Shown here piece by piece: positions 46,723-61,683 of a stretch of 64,000 nt of DNA. The stretch lies in NCBI RefSeq assembly GCF_009914755.1, contig NC_060934.1, one strand, 5' to 3'. Each line of letters opens with the position of its first letter. Positions within the stretch are counted from its first letter, which is position 1. The notes beneath the pieces are model-generated. The model had not been told where the DNA came from. It did not search any database and worked only from the letters and a program-made list of their open reading frames with translations. A program made the position numbers and the translations under genes. This DNA is from the human T2T-CHM13v2.0 reference genome, Homo sapiens.

Positions 46723-49240
46723 GAAGGGAAAGGAAAGGAAAAGAAAAGCAGGGTGGATTGTTGTATATTTCAGGCCTGAGGTTGCAGTGGCTTATTCAGC
46801 CCTTATTCTCAACAGCGTATGCAGAGGGAGAAGACACATGCCCTGACTTTATGTACAATTCCCAGAATATCTGTGACTCAGGATTTGGGGGTTAGAGCAT
46901 GGACTCAGGAGTAGTCCCTGGGCTTACTACATTTGATTCAGCTAAAGGGGTGGGGGATACCAAAGCCTCACCCTGGGGCGGGGGTAGGATGAGAGGTACA
47001 TCTCCCATTTATTGAGGAAGCACCAAACAGGAAGACATTTAACAGAAGGCCAGAACCTAGACAGAACAAACTCTGCCAAGCCAACAGAACTTTCTGCTTA
47101 ACCACCCTGGCAATTGACATACAGGACATAAAGGAGGAGAAACAACAAACCTTTTTCGGTACCCACCATGTGCTGGGCACTGAGCTAAACACTTTACTTA
47201 CATGACCTCACTTAGTACCTCAATAGTCCTGTAGAATATGTGCCATTATCCCTGTTTTAAAAATTTTAAAACAAACAGAAGCTAACAGCAAGCAAGTCAC
47301 TTGCTTCAGGTGAAACAATTAGTGGTAAGTTGGGGAGTAAGTAACCTAGGTTTGGCTGACTCCAAAGCTTGTGTTTTAACCACCACACCAGAGCCTGGAG
47401 GAACCATCAGGGGGATAGCGGGGAGGAGGGGAGACTGACATTTCCTGAGCATCTGTGATATATCAGTTACTGTGTGAGGTAGTTTTAGATCCACGTGGCA
47501 CCCCTAGACCTGTAAGCAGTCTCTACACTTCCAAGATAAGCTCCCCTGCAGATCCTGACAAGTCCAACAGTACAGAACAAGACAACCAGAGGGCAGGGTC
47601 ACAGGAACACAACTGAACATAAGTTCTTTCCTAGAGGATCAGTTCTCCACTTCACCCTCCTCATGGAAACAAAGCCCAAGGGACAGGAGGAGAAAGTTAT
47701 TCTGTGTGCTTCCAACATGAGGCCATCCAAGTGCCCTCAACTCTTAACCTATCACTGGTTTTATGAAAGGACCAGATTTTCCTTTTCTGGGGCTCTCTGA
47801 AGCCTTGACCACACTCTACATTGATTACATAGAATTGCTAGCCAGGGCAGTCTGCCTTAGACCCAGCCCACCCCTGAGCAATAGACACAAACAGGTCCAC
47901 GTAAGTGATTCTGGGGCCAGAGAAAGCGTGTAGCATTTGTACCCTCTGGGTGATTTCACATATTTGGACCAAAAAACCTTCTCTCATGAAAACAGTAAGA
48001 AAAAAAAAGCCAGGAAAGTGGTTTCTCTCCATTTAGTAACCTCAAATGAAACAATTCCTGCAATTACAACAATCCTTGTTGTTATCAAAAATGCTATTTT
48101 AGGCACCGTCAATTCAGCATAAAATGTTTTATATGGGACATTTCTTAATAAGCACATGTAGAGTTTTGCTTAAATGTGACTGTGGATTTTTTTCCTCTTC
48201 TCTGAATCAGGGATCCAGGATGCTTAGTCAGACCTACACAGCAGATGAATTTCAGAGGCTCTGTAAAATCAGTACTCACACTTATGAAAGTTTTAATGGA
48301 ACTAGTTAGTGACACAGCTGCTTAAATAGAAGACATCTGCTTCAGTCTTGAAGCCACCAAGGATCAGCCGAATGAGGCTGTTCCAGCCCTCCCACGGTGT
48401 CTAATTTATGAGGCCAGGGGCCCTGGGATCTCTTGCACTGATGCAATGTAGCCCCCAGCCCCTAACACAGTCCCTAGCACATGGTAAGCTAAAAGCAAGT
48501 AACTATTGAATGGGTAATTGCAAAATGCTGTATCACTAGCTATTATTTATTATGGAAATCTAAAGTAAGTATTATGCCCTGCTCTATCATTTACATATTA
48601 ATTATATGTGATAATGAGGTAGGCCAACAGGTGGAAAGCAATCTGAAATAAAATCTCCTCCTCTCTCAGTGTTCATGGGGTCAGGGAGCTTCCTGTTTTC
48701 CCCATCAAGATATTTATCACACTGGACTGCAACTGCACACTTCCTCGTTTGCCTTCCCTGCTGGACTTTTGCTTTGTGAGAGGGGAACATGCCTTTCTTG
48801 GTCCCCACTGTCCCCAGATATCTAGAACAGCACGTGGCAGTCAGTGAGTGCTTCCTAACCATTCAGTGAAAGGCAGAGGAAATGACTTCATCCCCATCAC
48901 TGATGTGGGAACAGCTCTCCCTGCTTTGCAAGCTGCTTGTTGAAAGGTGAATAGGGAACATTCATGAGCACTTAACACTTCCTCAAAAGAAGTCTTACAT
49001 TCACCCAGGAGCAGGACGCTTCAGAGAGGAATCCCTCGAGCATGCCACCCACCCCTAAAACAAGGCCGAGATTCCAGCCCAGCTCTGCCACTTACGAATG
49101 ATAGAACCTTAGGAAAGTGCCATAACCCACCGCAACTCACGCAGTTTGCTCATCCGTAAAATGTAGACAATGAATCCAGGACTTACCTTGAGTAGGTTTG
49201 TAAAGAGTAAATCAGAGCCATGCATGAAAAGTCCCCAGAC

Positions 49241-49548
<308 letters not shown>

Positions 49549-49586
49549 GAAAAGCCCCCAGACTTATGCACAGCCTTGCATGTTAC

Positions 49587-49752
49587 CTTTGAGCTGTGGG
49601 ACGATGTCCTCTTTCCCTGCATAAGGGTCACAGCGAAAGCGGTCCAGGCGCTCGATGGTGCACTGGCCGACGACAGGCTTCCGCCCAAACTGCCTGTGGT
49701 CGATGACCTTGATCACCAGTGGGGGCATGTACAATTCCTCCTTGGGCAAGAA
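49587..49752 (-). CDS. MYOF: MYOF exon ~37 ([26 protein letters not shown]...IVPQLK)
   Basis: cag|TTC...AAA G|gtaaca; 166 nt, phase 0-1. Confidence 0.97.
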
Positions 49753-51777
49753 CTGGGGGTCACAAAGGTAGGTTTCATTTCTCAAGACCAGACGAGGGCA
49801 GCTTTGAGAAAAATTCCCCAGATGGACCAGTCCAGATTCTCTCTGCCACACAGCCCAGAGGACTCGCAATAGTTCAGTTACTCATGTGCCAGGCAAGGAG
49901 CTCCGTGCTTAAGAGCGTGAGCTGTCAGCCAGACTGCCTGGGTCAAATCCTGGCACTGCCACCATGAACTACCTGGCTAACCCTTCCATGCCCCCATTAT
50001 TTCATGAGTAATAGTAACATTGTTGAATTACTCTATGTGAAGAGTACTTAGAATAGTACCTGACCCATGCTGTGTCCTGTAAGTGTGGAATCACTGACCC
50101 ATGCTCTTTACTCTCAGTCACTGCCCTATACTCTTCCCTGTGCTCTGCTTCCTGGGAGGGGACATGCACAAGGCTAACTAGCCCAGGGCTTTGGTCATCT
50201 ACTAGCCAAGTTCTGAGCAGACTTTAGAAATGGTCAAGACAAAACTGAACTTCTAAGGGAAATAACTGTGGCTGAGAGTCTCTTTGCCCTGGAAATTCAG
50301 TGTAAAAATGGATTGCTACTTTCTCCTCAACTCCCCCTGGCTCCCTCTCATGGAATTTGGTGGCTTTGGTGACAATGCCTGATTGGGGAATCATGAGCTG
50401 ACCTAGGGGCCCATTTGGTATGTGGTTCAGGTGAATTTCTATCTCTGGCTTGACACAGGAATAGAAACTGGGGTCACCTGAGTGGTTTTTCTCATCTCTG
50501 CTGACCAAGGCTAGATTCCAGACTAGAACTTGGAAGGTGAGGGAGGTGTGGGGAGTAGACAAGGATAGGTGGAGTGGCCCAGGGACAACCACTTTGGGAC
50601 CCTGGCTGGCAGCATCCCGGTGGCTCGCCGTCTGTCGCATGATAGGGAGGGGAGCATGGGCATTGGGGTTGTAAGGACCTATGTGCAAACTCTGGCCACT
50701 CACTTGCTAGCGACATCCCCTTGTGTAAATCTGTTACCTCTTGCTTTTCCCCAAGGTGGGCATAAGAGAGGTGAAAATGTTCACCCCGCAGGATTAAAGA
50801 CGAGGTGTACCAAGTAAGAATGCACCAAGCCCTACACTGCAGCTGTCACTAGTTAGGACATAGTCACTGTGGTATAGAAGGTGTGGCCTAACACTATGAC
50901 ACTGGATAAATCATTTCCCCTCTTTAGGCCTCAGTTTCCTCCTCTGTAATGTAAAATAAGAGGTTAAAGCACGTGACCCTAGAGTTCAAGAGCACTGTAT
51001 TGGAGACATCAAGGTCAGGAAAATGACTGGGGTGGGGAAAGGAAGGTTCTAGGTCTTCCAACACTTCAAGGTAAGAAACTGTCTTTATGTCACCTATTTA
51101 TATAATAGAGTAAAAAAGAAAGATTTTTTTTTTAAAGTTAAGAAATTAACTGCTTTAAAAATGGAAAGACTGGGTGGCCTCTTCTCACCCCAGGTATTAT
51201 GGGGTCTGTGATGGAGAGCTGTGAACTGGATCTGATGCTCTCACATCTTTAACAACCAGAGGGTAGCCTCAATGGACCAAAGAAGGTGCCATCCCAGGGG
51301 CACCTGGAGGTGGGGCACAGTTATGGGCTGCCAAGGTCATGGCCCTATCACCCCATATACCTTCCCCCACAGCTGCCCCTTCCCCAGACAGCCAGTCCTT
51401 ATCCAGAAGGTTCTGGTCCATGCACAGTTGTAGGGGGTATATCTGGTCCATGCATGACTGGGGGTTAATATTCTGCCTTCATGGGGTTGACCAACAGCTT
51501 GTAATAGATAGCTGAATAGATGGAAAGTTTACTGGAGAAATAAGTAAGTATTGCTCACAGATATTTCTGTGCCACTGGAGTTATTTTGAAGCTTTAAGAA
51601 ATCATCACTACAGTGGGAGAATTTAAGGGGAAAAAGTCACTGACAAGCTGAATATAAGGCAGGGTTTTTCTATTTGTCAGGTTTTGGAAATAAACTCTGT
51701 GTTTGTGTGTGTGTGTGTGAGGCACATACTTTCATATTTCAACGCGCATGGGTGATCACAGAGAATCGATACTGTAC

Positions 51778-51939
51778 CACTTTCATGAAGAGAACAGAAC
51801 TTGGAAAGTTGGGTGTCTTCTTAAGGTTTTTGATCACCACCGATTCCACCCTTTCTCCTCCACACTCCACAACAAGACTGGGGGATGTGATAGAAGCCAT
51901 CTGGAAGTTTTTCATATTTCTTAAGCCCCAAGCTAGAAT
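51778..51939 (-). CDS. MYOF: MYOF exon ~36 ([10 protein letters not shown]...[13 protein letters not shown])
   Basis: tag|ATT...GTG|gtacag; 162 nt, phase 0-0. Confidence 0.96.
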
Positions 51940-52282
51940 CTATGAAAACGATTTAAAGAGAGGGGAAGGTAACTCAGCACTTTAAAAATAATATTCAAAA
52001 GGAAAAATTCTGTCTTAATTACTGGCAAAGTCTTTAAGATTAATTTGAACATTATCCTAGTAAGCTTGTAGGTCATCCAAAGAAAGTGGTTTTGCCCCTT
52101 TCTTTCTCCTGCCTGAGCCCCTAAAAAAGCAATGCAGTTAAGAGTATAGGAATCAAATCCTGGCTGTGCCATCTAATAGCTGTGTCAATGCTGACAAGGT
52201 AACTCACCTCCCTATGTCTCATCTACAAACAAGACTGATCGTATTATCTGTCATAGGGTTATATTGATGACCACCTGTAAAC

Positions 52283-52581
52283 TTTTTTTTTTTCTTTTTT
52301 GAGACAGAGTCTCACTCTGTCACCCAGGCTGGGGTACAGTGGCACGAACTAGGCTCACTGCAACCTCCACCCCCTGAGTTCAAGTGATTTTCATGTCTCA
52401 GCTTCCCAAGTAGCTGGGATTACAGGTGTGTGCCACCATGCCTAGCTAATTTTTGTATTTTTAGTAGAGGCAGGGTTCCACCATGTTGACCGGGTTGGCC
52501 TCGAACTCCTGACTTCAAGTGATCCACCTGCCTTGGCCTCCCAAAGTGCTGGAATTACAGGCGTGAGCTACTGCATCCAGC
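52283..52581 (-). mobile_element. AluS
   Basis: TSD ccacctgtaaactt. Confidence 0.92.
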
Positions 52582-53166
52582 CCACCTGTAAACTTCTTAA
52601 CACGGTGTCTGACATGGAAGCATTTCGAAGTGATAGCCTCAGCCTTTGAGAACTCTTAGCAGGACAGCCAGAGAAGGGAAATCTTGGGGTGTTAACAGCT
52701 GCTTGACTGGACGGGGAAAGTCTTGAGAGTGGGCCAGACACTGTCTATCAAGCCACCTTGTTGGGGTCATCAGCTTGTATCTGACATGTCAACATTGCTC
52801 ACTGCTCCCATCCAACTTCCATCTCTGCCTCCCTGCCATGCCCCCATCTCTCAGCATATACACCGTCATTCTCTTCTCGTCCATCTTCCCTCTCCCAGGT
52901 CTCCAGTTGACCTGAAAAACTCAGAAACCTGCTGGCTCCCAGTAAATGAGGAGTTTAGATGCCCTCAGGAATGTTAGAATTGACCTGTCCTTGTTGCTTC
53001 AACAAGCCTTCTACTCCCATGAATACCTCCAGTTTTTGGACAAGTTGTAAAGGAAGTTGGAGATAGCAAGAAAATATGCAGCAGGATTCTATGTTCTATA
53101 CAAAAGATTCCTGTCCTGCAGTCACATCCGTTTGATTTGATGAGTAACACGTGGGGAGCAGCATAC

Positions 53167-53265
53167 CTCAATGGCAGTGAGCTGGACCACAGGCCTGATC
53201 CCCTGGGGGACCATGTATAGATTTGGCGCCCTTTGAGGGGGAAGAATGGGAAGGTTGGAGCCATC
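53167..53265 (-). CDS. MYOF: MYOF exon ~35 (DGSNLPILPPQRAPNLYMVPQGIRPVVQLTAIE)
   Basis: cag|GAT...GAG|gtatgc; 99 nt, phase 0-0. Confidence 0.96.
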
Positions 53266-53382
53266 CTGTGAAACAAACATGGATATGTCAATGCCTCACT
53301 TTAGTTCAAGCAAACAGTGCCTAGAATTAACATGCATTTTAAGCAGCTGACAGAATACATGAGGAAGAACACAGCAATGTAC

Positions 53383-53541
53383 CTTGCCCCTCAGAATCAG
53401 CTCTGCAGTTACAAGAACATCCCCGCAGGCTTTGTCTCCATTCATTACTGGGTGCCAGAGAAGTTTGGGTGTGATGTCCATTTCTGAGTTCAGTTTCACC
53501 ACAGGAGAGAAAATGCTTCGTCCTAAAAATTCATCTTTGCC
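53383..53541 (-). CDS. MYOF: MYOF exon ~34 (GKDEFLGRS...AELILRGK)
   Basis: tag|GGC...AAG|gtac; 159 nt, phase 0-0. Confidence 0.96.
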
Positions 53542-53634
53542 CTAGAGAAACAAAGTGATCCTTAAATTCCCCGACAATCATCCCTTCAAATCTCCATCAT
53601 CCCCAAGTTATCTTAGAAATTCTAAACGACCTAC

Positions 53635-53816
53635 CACTTGGTCATTGTCAAAAAGTTCCATGATAACTTTGGGTGGATTCTGTAGAACTGTTTGGGGTTC
53701 CCCATAGATTTCAACTTCATCGAATATAATTGTTTGGTCCCACGTGGGATTCAGGGTTGAATGGATGATCTCAGTGGTTTTGCTCCGATGGAGGAAACAG
53801 ATATGAGCATATGGAT
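53635..53816 (-). CDS. MYOF: MYOF exon ~33 (DPYAHICF...TLNPTWDQT...ELFDNDQV; C2)
   Basis: tag|AT...GTG|gtaggt; 182 nt, phase 1-0. Confidence 0.97.
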
Positions 53817-54791
53817 CTAAAACAGAAAAAGAGAATAACAACGGGGCCACGGCTAAAATCTAACTCCCCAGAACCACTCAGTGCAACCATATTCTTTTCC
53901 TCTGGATATAATGACAGTGGGCTCTGACCACCTGCCTGGAGATAGGGTTTCTAGGGAGCAGGGAGTTCCCCATGGAAGGTTCTGGCACTGCAGCAGAGGC
54001 ACCTGAAGCGAGACCCTGATGTGTACTGAGAGGTCACTCTTTAGAGTATGTCCCCACCAAGGTTAATGGGGCCCATAGTTTTTCTCTGCAAAAGTACTGC
54101 ACTCATGGTTGAGTGAGGCTCTGCAGTCAGATACACCTGGGGTCAACACCCACACTTCACCCCTGCTGCATAACTTTGAGGGAAAAAATAATCTTCCTAA
54201 ACGTTGATCCCCTCCTCCATGCAATGAAAGTAATATCTGCTTCACGGTGTTGAGAGGATGAAATGATATAAGGAATGTTAGCTATTTGGGACAGAGCCTG
54301 TCCTATAGGAAGTATCTGATAAATGCTAGTTTTTATTATAGTTGTTTCTAATGTTGATGGTAATCGATTTATTCAGCAAATATTTATTGAGTTCCAGGTC
54401 TCAAGAGTATAACAGCAGCCGGAAAAGCTCAGATGCTCATAGAGTTTACAATCTGTGACAGCAGAAAACTTTGTCTCACTATACTTAAGAATGGAGAGAA
54501 AGCAATATTATGTATGGAGAAATAATCCATGTTCTCCTCCTTGCTAAATAATTTCATCAAACTTTTTGCAGTTGCCTGGGGGCTGACTTATCTGAAAAAT
54601 AACACAATATCTAGCCTGAAACTCTTGTATAAGCCAAAAGTGCTTGGTTTCTAGCAGTGGAGCCATCATATGAACCCTTTGCTTTTGCCCTGATGATAAT
54701 TCTTCTATCTCAAACTGCAAGGAATGTGCTTAGAGTTTTATGAAGCTTTAGTCAAGAACTTTGGAAAGATGTTTTTTTAACTTTCAGTGAT

Positions 54792-54810
54792 AGAGTGCCC
54801 CCTGGTGGAA
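54792..54810 (-). promoter_or_regulatory. CTCF consensus motif TTCCACCAGGGGGCACTCT
   Basis: Close match to the CCASYAGRKGGCRS core in unique intronic DNA. Confidence 0.65.
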
Positions 54811-54985
54811 AATATTTGAAAATGTCTTCAAAGACCCTGTTGGAGATGTATATTGCAGAGATAACCTTGAATCTGCTCAAATTTCTAAGAAAAGGAAACC
54901 ATTCACAAATATTGGTAAATATTAGTGCTTGGAACACGCTTCAAAATTGATGTGAGCACATGAGAGTGTCAGTCAAATGCTTTAA

Positions 54986-55058
54986 CAAACTTTCCGTTTG
55001 GAATAAAAAAGTGCAGCTCGCTGCCAGCACTCATTTCTCGGGGCAAATGGGAAATGGG
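54986..55058. mobile_element. MER75-type piggyBac-derived MITE
   Basis: Flanked by TTAA on both sides; ends ...ctcggggcaaatgggaaatggg. Confidence 0.8.
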
Positions 55059-55780
55059 TTAAGAGGTGTTTTCATAGAAGGCCCAGGGAAACTCTGCTGG
55101 GCTTTGAGTCCCAAACTGGAATTCTCCCCAGATAGCCTGAACTATCCATGGTTCAGCGGCAAGGACTCAAATCCCCAGACAGGCATGTTCTCCCCTCCTC
55201 CCCTGTCCCTTGCCAATAGCCTTCCTCTCAGAACCAGTCCGAAGCAACAAAAGCAGCTGGGTGTCAGTGCAAGAGAAGAAAAAGCCTCATGGTTTTATGG
55301 TATTGGGAATGTGGGGAGCAGGCAGAGGAGGAGGTTAAAATGAACTCCAAACTGCTCAAAGCCTGGTGCTGTAGGCAAATGGGCAAACTTATCATCTTTT
55401 TGATACCTTGAAAGAGCCTGCAAAAAAACTTAAAGGATCTTAACTTACCAATCAACCTGAGGGTCCAGGGATGAAAACACAGCCATGTATATAAACAGAG
55501 ATGAGAAATCACTTTCTCGGTGCTTCTTATTACTTAATCAATTAATATCTATTAGTACCAAAAGTATCTTCTATGTATTACTAGGACCCAGCAATGGTGC
55601 CTAAAGCATTCAGTGATGATTTATCTAATGACTGAGCAGTTTGCTTCAAGCATGCAAAAATAACCTCAACATGTAAAGGGTTTTTGTTGTTAGAAATGAC
55701 AAAAAGCATTCACTCGAAACACAGAAGCAAAATAGCATGCTATGTAATCATGTGTAGCATGTAGATTTTTTTTCCTTTAC

Positions 55781-55858
55781 CTGAAAAGCTATCCTTATCT
55801 AAAGCCAAGAGGTTTCTGGCTTGATAGACATAGCAGCGCAGATGGTAGATGTAGACTC
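55781..55858 (-). CDS. MYOF: MYOF exon ~32 (RVYIYHLRCYVYQARNLLALDKDSFS; start of a C2 domain)
   Basis: tag|GA...TCA G|gtaaag; 78 nt, phase 1-1. Confidence 0.96.
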
Positions 55859-56062
55859 CTAAAAAAACAGGATAAAGATTACTTACAAGAAGCGTAACAC
55901 TGTAAACTGCTATTTTACTGGAATATTTGGAAAAAATACATGTTTCTGATAAATGGGTCACTTGAATCTATTATAGTTCCCCACAGTAAAGAGCACATAG
56001 AATAGTGATGATGTGGCCTCCCAAAGTAGTTCTATTTCCTGTAAAATAAAACTTATTTTTTA

Positions 56063-56358
56063 GGCTGGGTGCAGTGGCTCATGCCTGTAATCCCAGAACT
56101 TTGGGAGTCCTAGGCAGGCAGACTGTTTGAGGCCAGGAGTTAGGAGACCAGCCTGGTCAACATGGTGAAAACTTGTGTCTCTACTAAAAATTCAAAAATT
56201 AGCTGGGCATGGTGGTGCACGTCTGTAATCCTAGCTACTCAGGAGGCTGAGGCACGAGAATCACTTGAACCCTGGAGACAGAGGTTTCAGTGAGCTGAAA
56301 TCACACCACTGCACTCCAGCCTGGGTGACAGAGTGAGACTCGGTCTTAAAAACAAAAA
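56063..56358 (+). mobile_element. Alu (S/J)
   Basis: Full dimer. Confidence 0.9.
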
Positions 56359-56632
56359 TCCTATTTTTAAAAAATACTACAGTAAGCTCAATGCAAAGTG
56401 TATCAATCAGGAAAACATTACCTTTGTTATAAACTAACTGAATTTAGGGTACTGCTTATCATCACAGACCTTTAAAATGAAACTGGGTCTCCAGCAGCTA
56501 TAGAAACGGGGCTTTCTATACTACTTCAGCATCAGATCTGGGAAACAGTTAACATCTAAAAGATTCTTTGACATTTCAAAATATTCATACTCCTTTTATT
56601 ATTATATTCTCTCTGTCTCTATCACTCACACA

Positions 56633-56635
<3 letters not shown>

Positions 56636-56673
<38 letters not shown>
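56636..56673. repeat. (CT)n microsatellite
   Basis: About 18 CT units. Confidence 0.92.
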
Positions 56674-56677
<4 letters not shown>

Positions 56678-57156
56678 TGAGATAGCAGAGCATTATGATT
56701 CCGTGCACAGATTCTGGGAGCTCTACTACCTGAGTTCAAATCTCTCTAGTGCTTACAAGCCATAAGACTTTGGGCAAGTTATTTAATCTTCCTGTACCTT
56801 GGTTCCTTCTTCTGTATAACGGGAACAATAATAGCACCTACCTTACAGGGTTGTTAAGAGGATTAAACAAGTTATAATATGTACAGGTCCTAGCCCATGC
56901 TAAGACCTATATAAGCATTTGCTAATATTATTGTAGAGCAGGTCTGTCTCATTCCAAAAATCCTGAAAATTATTATTGAAATCAACCATTATTTAAATTT
57001 TGGTGCCTTTTTTCCTATAGTTAAAATTTTAATTTTGGGGGCTTACTAGACAGAATGAGCACATATGAGATAGACTGTTAATATCAGTGATCTGACCACC
57101 CTTCACCTTATATGTGATATGGTTTTCAACTGTAGTTTTAAAAACTCCTTTCATCA

Positions 57157-57731
<575 letters not shown>

Positions 57732-58646
57732 TTAGCAGAGAAGTCAATAAACACTGCCTAAAAGCAAATCAACCAACCAAGAGGCAAGAATAACAAATGG
57801 AATTCTAGCTTTTTAAAGATGTTATCGTGCAAACACCCCATTTTTAAAGATGAATAAGTCCCAGGATAGCAAGTGACTTCCCTGAAGTCGCTTAGCTGGA
57901 AAGCAGCCGAGCAGGAAGTGGGAGCCAGCCCTCCTACCTCCAGTCCAGGTTTGCCAAACCCTGCTACTGAAAGAAAGGGAAAAAAAGGAAAAATGTAGAG
58001 GATAAACAGGGAGTAAAAGGATGGGATAAGGAAGAGAAAGAGCAGCAGCAGCAGAATACTGTGGGGTCAGAGTGCAGAAATACAAACATAGGCTGTTGGG
58101 AAATGGCTCCTGACCACCCTATTGTTTTAGATCACCCACTGCCATTCTCCTATTCCTTCCTTCCACCTGCCTGCTTTTTCCCCCGACTTCTTTACTGTGC
58201 TTCAGTATGTTCTTCCGTATTGCTCTCTAATTTTGTGAGCTAGACTTCTGATTTCCTCCCCCGACATCTGTATATTTATGAATATACATATGAATATTTT
58301 GTTGAACAGTTGCAGTTTCCAAGATGTGATTCAAAGAACTTGTGCCTGGGATGTGAATAGGTGTCACCTGAAACAAGGGTCCTGGAACAGATATATTTGG
58401 AAAACACTAGGTAAAGCAGGTGTGTAGACAGCAGTATTTCTTAGAACACTCCTGTGTTAATGGTCTATTCGTTCTACACGAGGTATTGAGCACCCAGGAT
58501 GTGTGGCTTTCCCTCAACCTGTTAATATTTGCCATCTTATAGTACCAGGGTTACAGGGACCTCTATGGAGTTGGCAGTGCTGTATCCAACACTCATATAT
58601 TTTCTCTACACCAATATGATCTGCGCTCTGGCAACCTAGTACTTAC

Positions 58647-58820
58647 AAGGGCACCTTCAAGTTTAAAGATGGCAGCTGCACCATGTGTTTCTGAAGGAGC
58701 CATTTTTCTCCTCCAGCGTCTGCGGCGGAAGGTATCTGAACTACGTTGTTTCCAGTGAAATTTCCAGCCAATTAGAGAAGCATATTCCCAGCCCTCTTGG
58801 TCTTGCAATTCCTCCATGGC
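58647..58820 (-). CDS. MYOF: MYOF exon ~30 ([13 protein letters not shown]...FRRRRWRRK...KLEGAL; DysF C-terminal part)
   Basis: tag|GCC...CTT|gtaagt; 174 nt, phase 0-0. Confidence 0.97.
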
Positions 58821-59935
58821 CTAAAACAGAAGTAAACATGTTAATGATGACGATGATGATGATGATATTCCTTATTTTGATAAAACAGGTTATATGATCA
58901 ATCAACAGATACACAGTATTCAAAATCTACTCTGTGCCAAGTACTGAGCTAGAGTCAGGAATACAGAAAAGAAAAAAACAGACAGGACCTCTGCCTTGCA
59001 GAGCTGATGGACTGCAGGAGTGCAGAGAGATAACCAGGCAATGACAGCACAGTCGTGGACATACCCTCAGGAGGTGCACCTCATTCAGATTTGGGGGTGG
59101 GTGAAGCAAGTGGATTCTTTCTCAAATTGCTTTCTGTTTCCTCACTTCATTATTTCATAAAAATGTTGCTATTGTGATATAGTTTGTAAAACATTAGTAT
59201 CTCCATTTTACATATGTAGGAAAAAAATTAAATGCCCCCTCCCAGGTTTAAATGTCTTGCCTGAGCTAATAGCTGCCATAACTGATAATTAAGTGATCAG
59301 AATATGTTATTTCTGTAATAACTAATAACAAATTCGTGTGGTACTTTTTAGCTTAAGAACTATTGATTTACCAGTGGTATCAGTTTTCAATGTTATATTC
59401 TCTTCATTCGACAAATATGAGTGCCCACTGTGTGACAGGGATCGTGTTAGGGGCTGAGGACACAGTGAAGAAGAGATAGGGTCTTTGCTTTCATGCAGCT
59501 GACATTTTCATGGCAGAAGTTTGATTTAAAATCTTAAAAATATGACTGGATTTAATAAACGTAAAACAATGTGGAATAATATTCAAGACCTGAGAAGTGA
59601 GAGCTCCATGTGGGTAATTATTGTTGGGTCTATTTTTTCACTTTAAATAAATGTAAAATGCAGGTTAAGCATAATCTTGTACCTGACCCTCTAGTAACAT
59701 AAATAGTAGCAGTGAAAAATTTCACATAGCCAAGAGTAAGGCAGGTTAGGAAACATGATCAAAGCCTCAGAAATACTCGTTAGAACTGGACCATATCCTG
59801 AGCCTTCTAACTGATGGCTCAGTGTTCTTCCCGCTTCAACTTGGTGCCCTCGTGTGGAAGAAGAGCGTTCAAGCACCTTCAGAAACTTCTCACCCTGTCA
59901 GACGGGGATAATTAAACAATAGAGAGACATTCATT

Positions 59936-60929
59936 AAACTAAAGAGCTTCTACACAGCAAAAGAAACTATCATCAGAGTGAACAGATAACCTACAGAATG
60001 GAAGAAAATTTTTGCAATCTATCCATCTGACAAAGGTCTAATATCCAGAATCTACAAGCAATTTAAGCAAATTTACAAGGAAAAAACAACCACATTAAAA
60101 AGTGGGCAAAGGACATGAACAGATAAATCTTCAAAAGAAGACATTTATGTGGCCAAAAAACATGAAAAAAAGCTCAACATCACGGATCACTAGAGAAATG
60201 CAAATCAAAACCACAATGAGATACCATCTCACACTAGTCAGAATAGAGATTATTAAAAGGTCAAGAAACAACAGATGATGGTGAGGCTGTGGAGAAATAG
60301 GAAAGCTTTTACACTGTTGGTGGGAGTGTAAATTAGTTCCACCATTGTGGAAGACAGTGTGGCGATTCTTCAAAGACCTAGAACCAGAAATGCCATTTGA
60401 CCCAGCAATCCCATTACTGGGTATATACCCAGAGGAATATAAACCATTCTATTATAAAGATACATGCATGCATATTTTCATTGCAGCACTCTTCACAATA
60501 GCAAAGACATGGAATCAGCCCAAATGTCCATCAATGATAGACTGGATGAAGAAAATGTGGTATATCTACACCATGGAATACTATGCAGCCATAAAAAGGA
60601 ACGAGATCATGTCCTTTGCAGGGACATGGATGGAGCTGGAAGCCATTATCCTCAGCAACCTAACAGAGGAACAGAAAACCAAACACCGCATGTTCTCACT
60701 TACAGGTGGGAGCTGAACAATGAGAACACTTGGACACAGGGAGGGGAACAACACACACTGGGGCCGGCGGGTGGAGGGAGCGCATCAGGATAAATAGCTA
60801 ATGCATGCTGGGTTTAATATGTAGGCGACGGGTTGATAGGTGCAGCAAACCACCATGGCACACATTTACCTGTGTAACAAACCTGCATGTACTGCACATG
60901 TATCTCGGAACTTAAATTAAAAAAAAAAA
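59936..60929 (+). mobile_element. L1PA-type 3' fragment (about 1 kb): ORF2 C-terminus, 3'UTR and poly(A), antisense to MYOF
   Basis: ORF 60345-60716 (WKTVWRF...DPAIPLLGIYP...WNQPKCPS...MEYYAAIK) is the L1 ORF2 C-terminus. Confidence 0.95.
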
Positions 60930-61510
60930 GACTCATTCATTCATTAGCTCATTTATTTGACTAGATTATTTACTGGGAGCATATTTCTGAGTTAGCAAGG
61001 AGGATACAAAGATGACTGTGGCTCCATCTTTGCTTCCAGAAGCTCACCATCTAATAAAAATAATGTCATAGTGCCTACCGGAGTTACCCATTCTGTGGAA
61101 TAGAGAGAGTTCCTGTTTGGACTTAGCCCGGGTTCCAGCACCAGCTTTGTCACTTACTAAACACTTGGCCCAGAGCAAGTCTATTTAAACTCTGTGAGCA
61201 TTATCTATAAAATGAGCATAAAATCCAAACCTTACAGAACATAGATGATGCATACTCAGTACCTAGCATTATAGAAAGCCACTTCTATACATGCCACTTA
61301 TTATTGAGTGTTACTGTTCTATTTAATTTATTATTATTCCATTTAAAGCTTACAATACCCTAATTAAAAGGCATAGATATTATTCCCATTTTGCAGATGA
61401 GAAAGAAAGGGAAGTCAGGGTTTGAATCTTTACACATCTTGTTCCAAGTCCTGACCTATTACTACTACTAGATTATGCTGCCAAAATCATTTCCATTTAA
61501 CACCTCTGTA

Positions 61511-61683
61511 GCAGTTCTCAACATTTAGCCTGCCTGGGAATCACCTGGATGGTTTGCTGAACTACAGATGGCTGGGCCTGCCCCCAGGATTTCTAAATCA
61601 GGAGGTTTGGGGTGGGACAGTTCTAACAAATTCCCAGGTGATGATGATATTGCTGGCTGGGGTGGGCTCACTTTGAGAACCCT
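61511..61683. mobile_element. MER5A-like DNA transposon (similar copies near 22770, 27065, 40615 and 45480)
   Basis: cagttctcaac...gaatcacctgg...ttctaacaaattcccaggtgatg...cactttgagaacc. Confidence 0.75.

Noticed and set aside
60345-60716. 123-aa ORF that looks like a real protein
   Set aside because: C-terminal remnant of L1 ORF2 in a 1-kb truncated element with no promoter, ORF1 or RT
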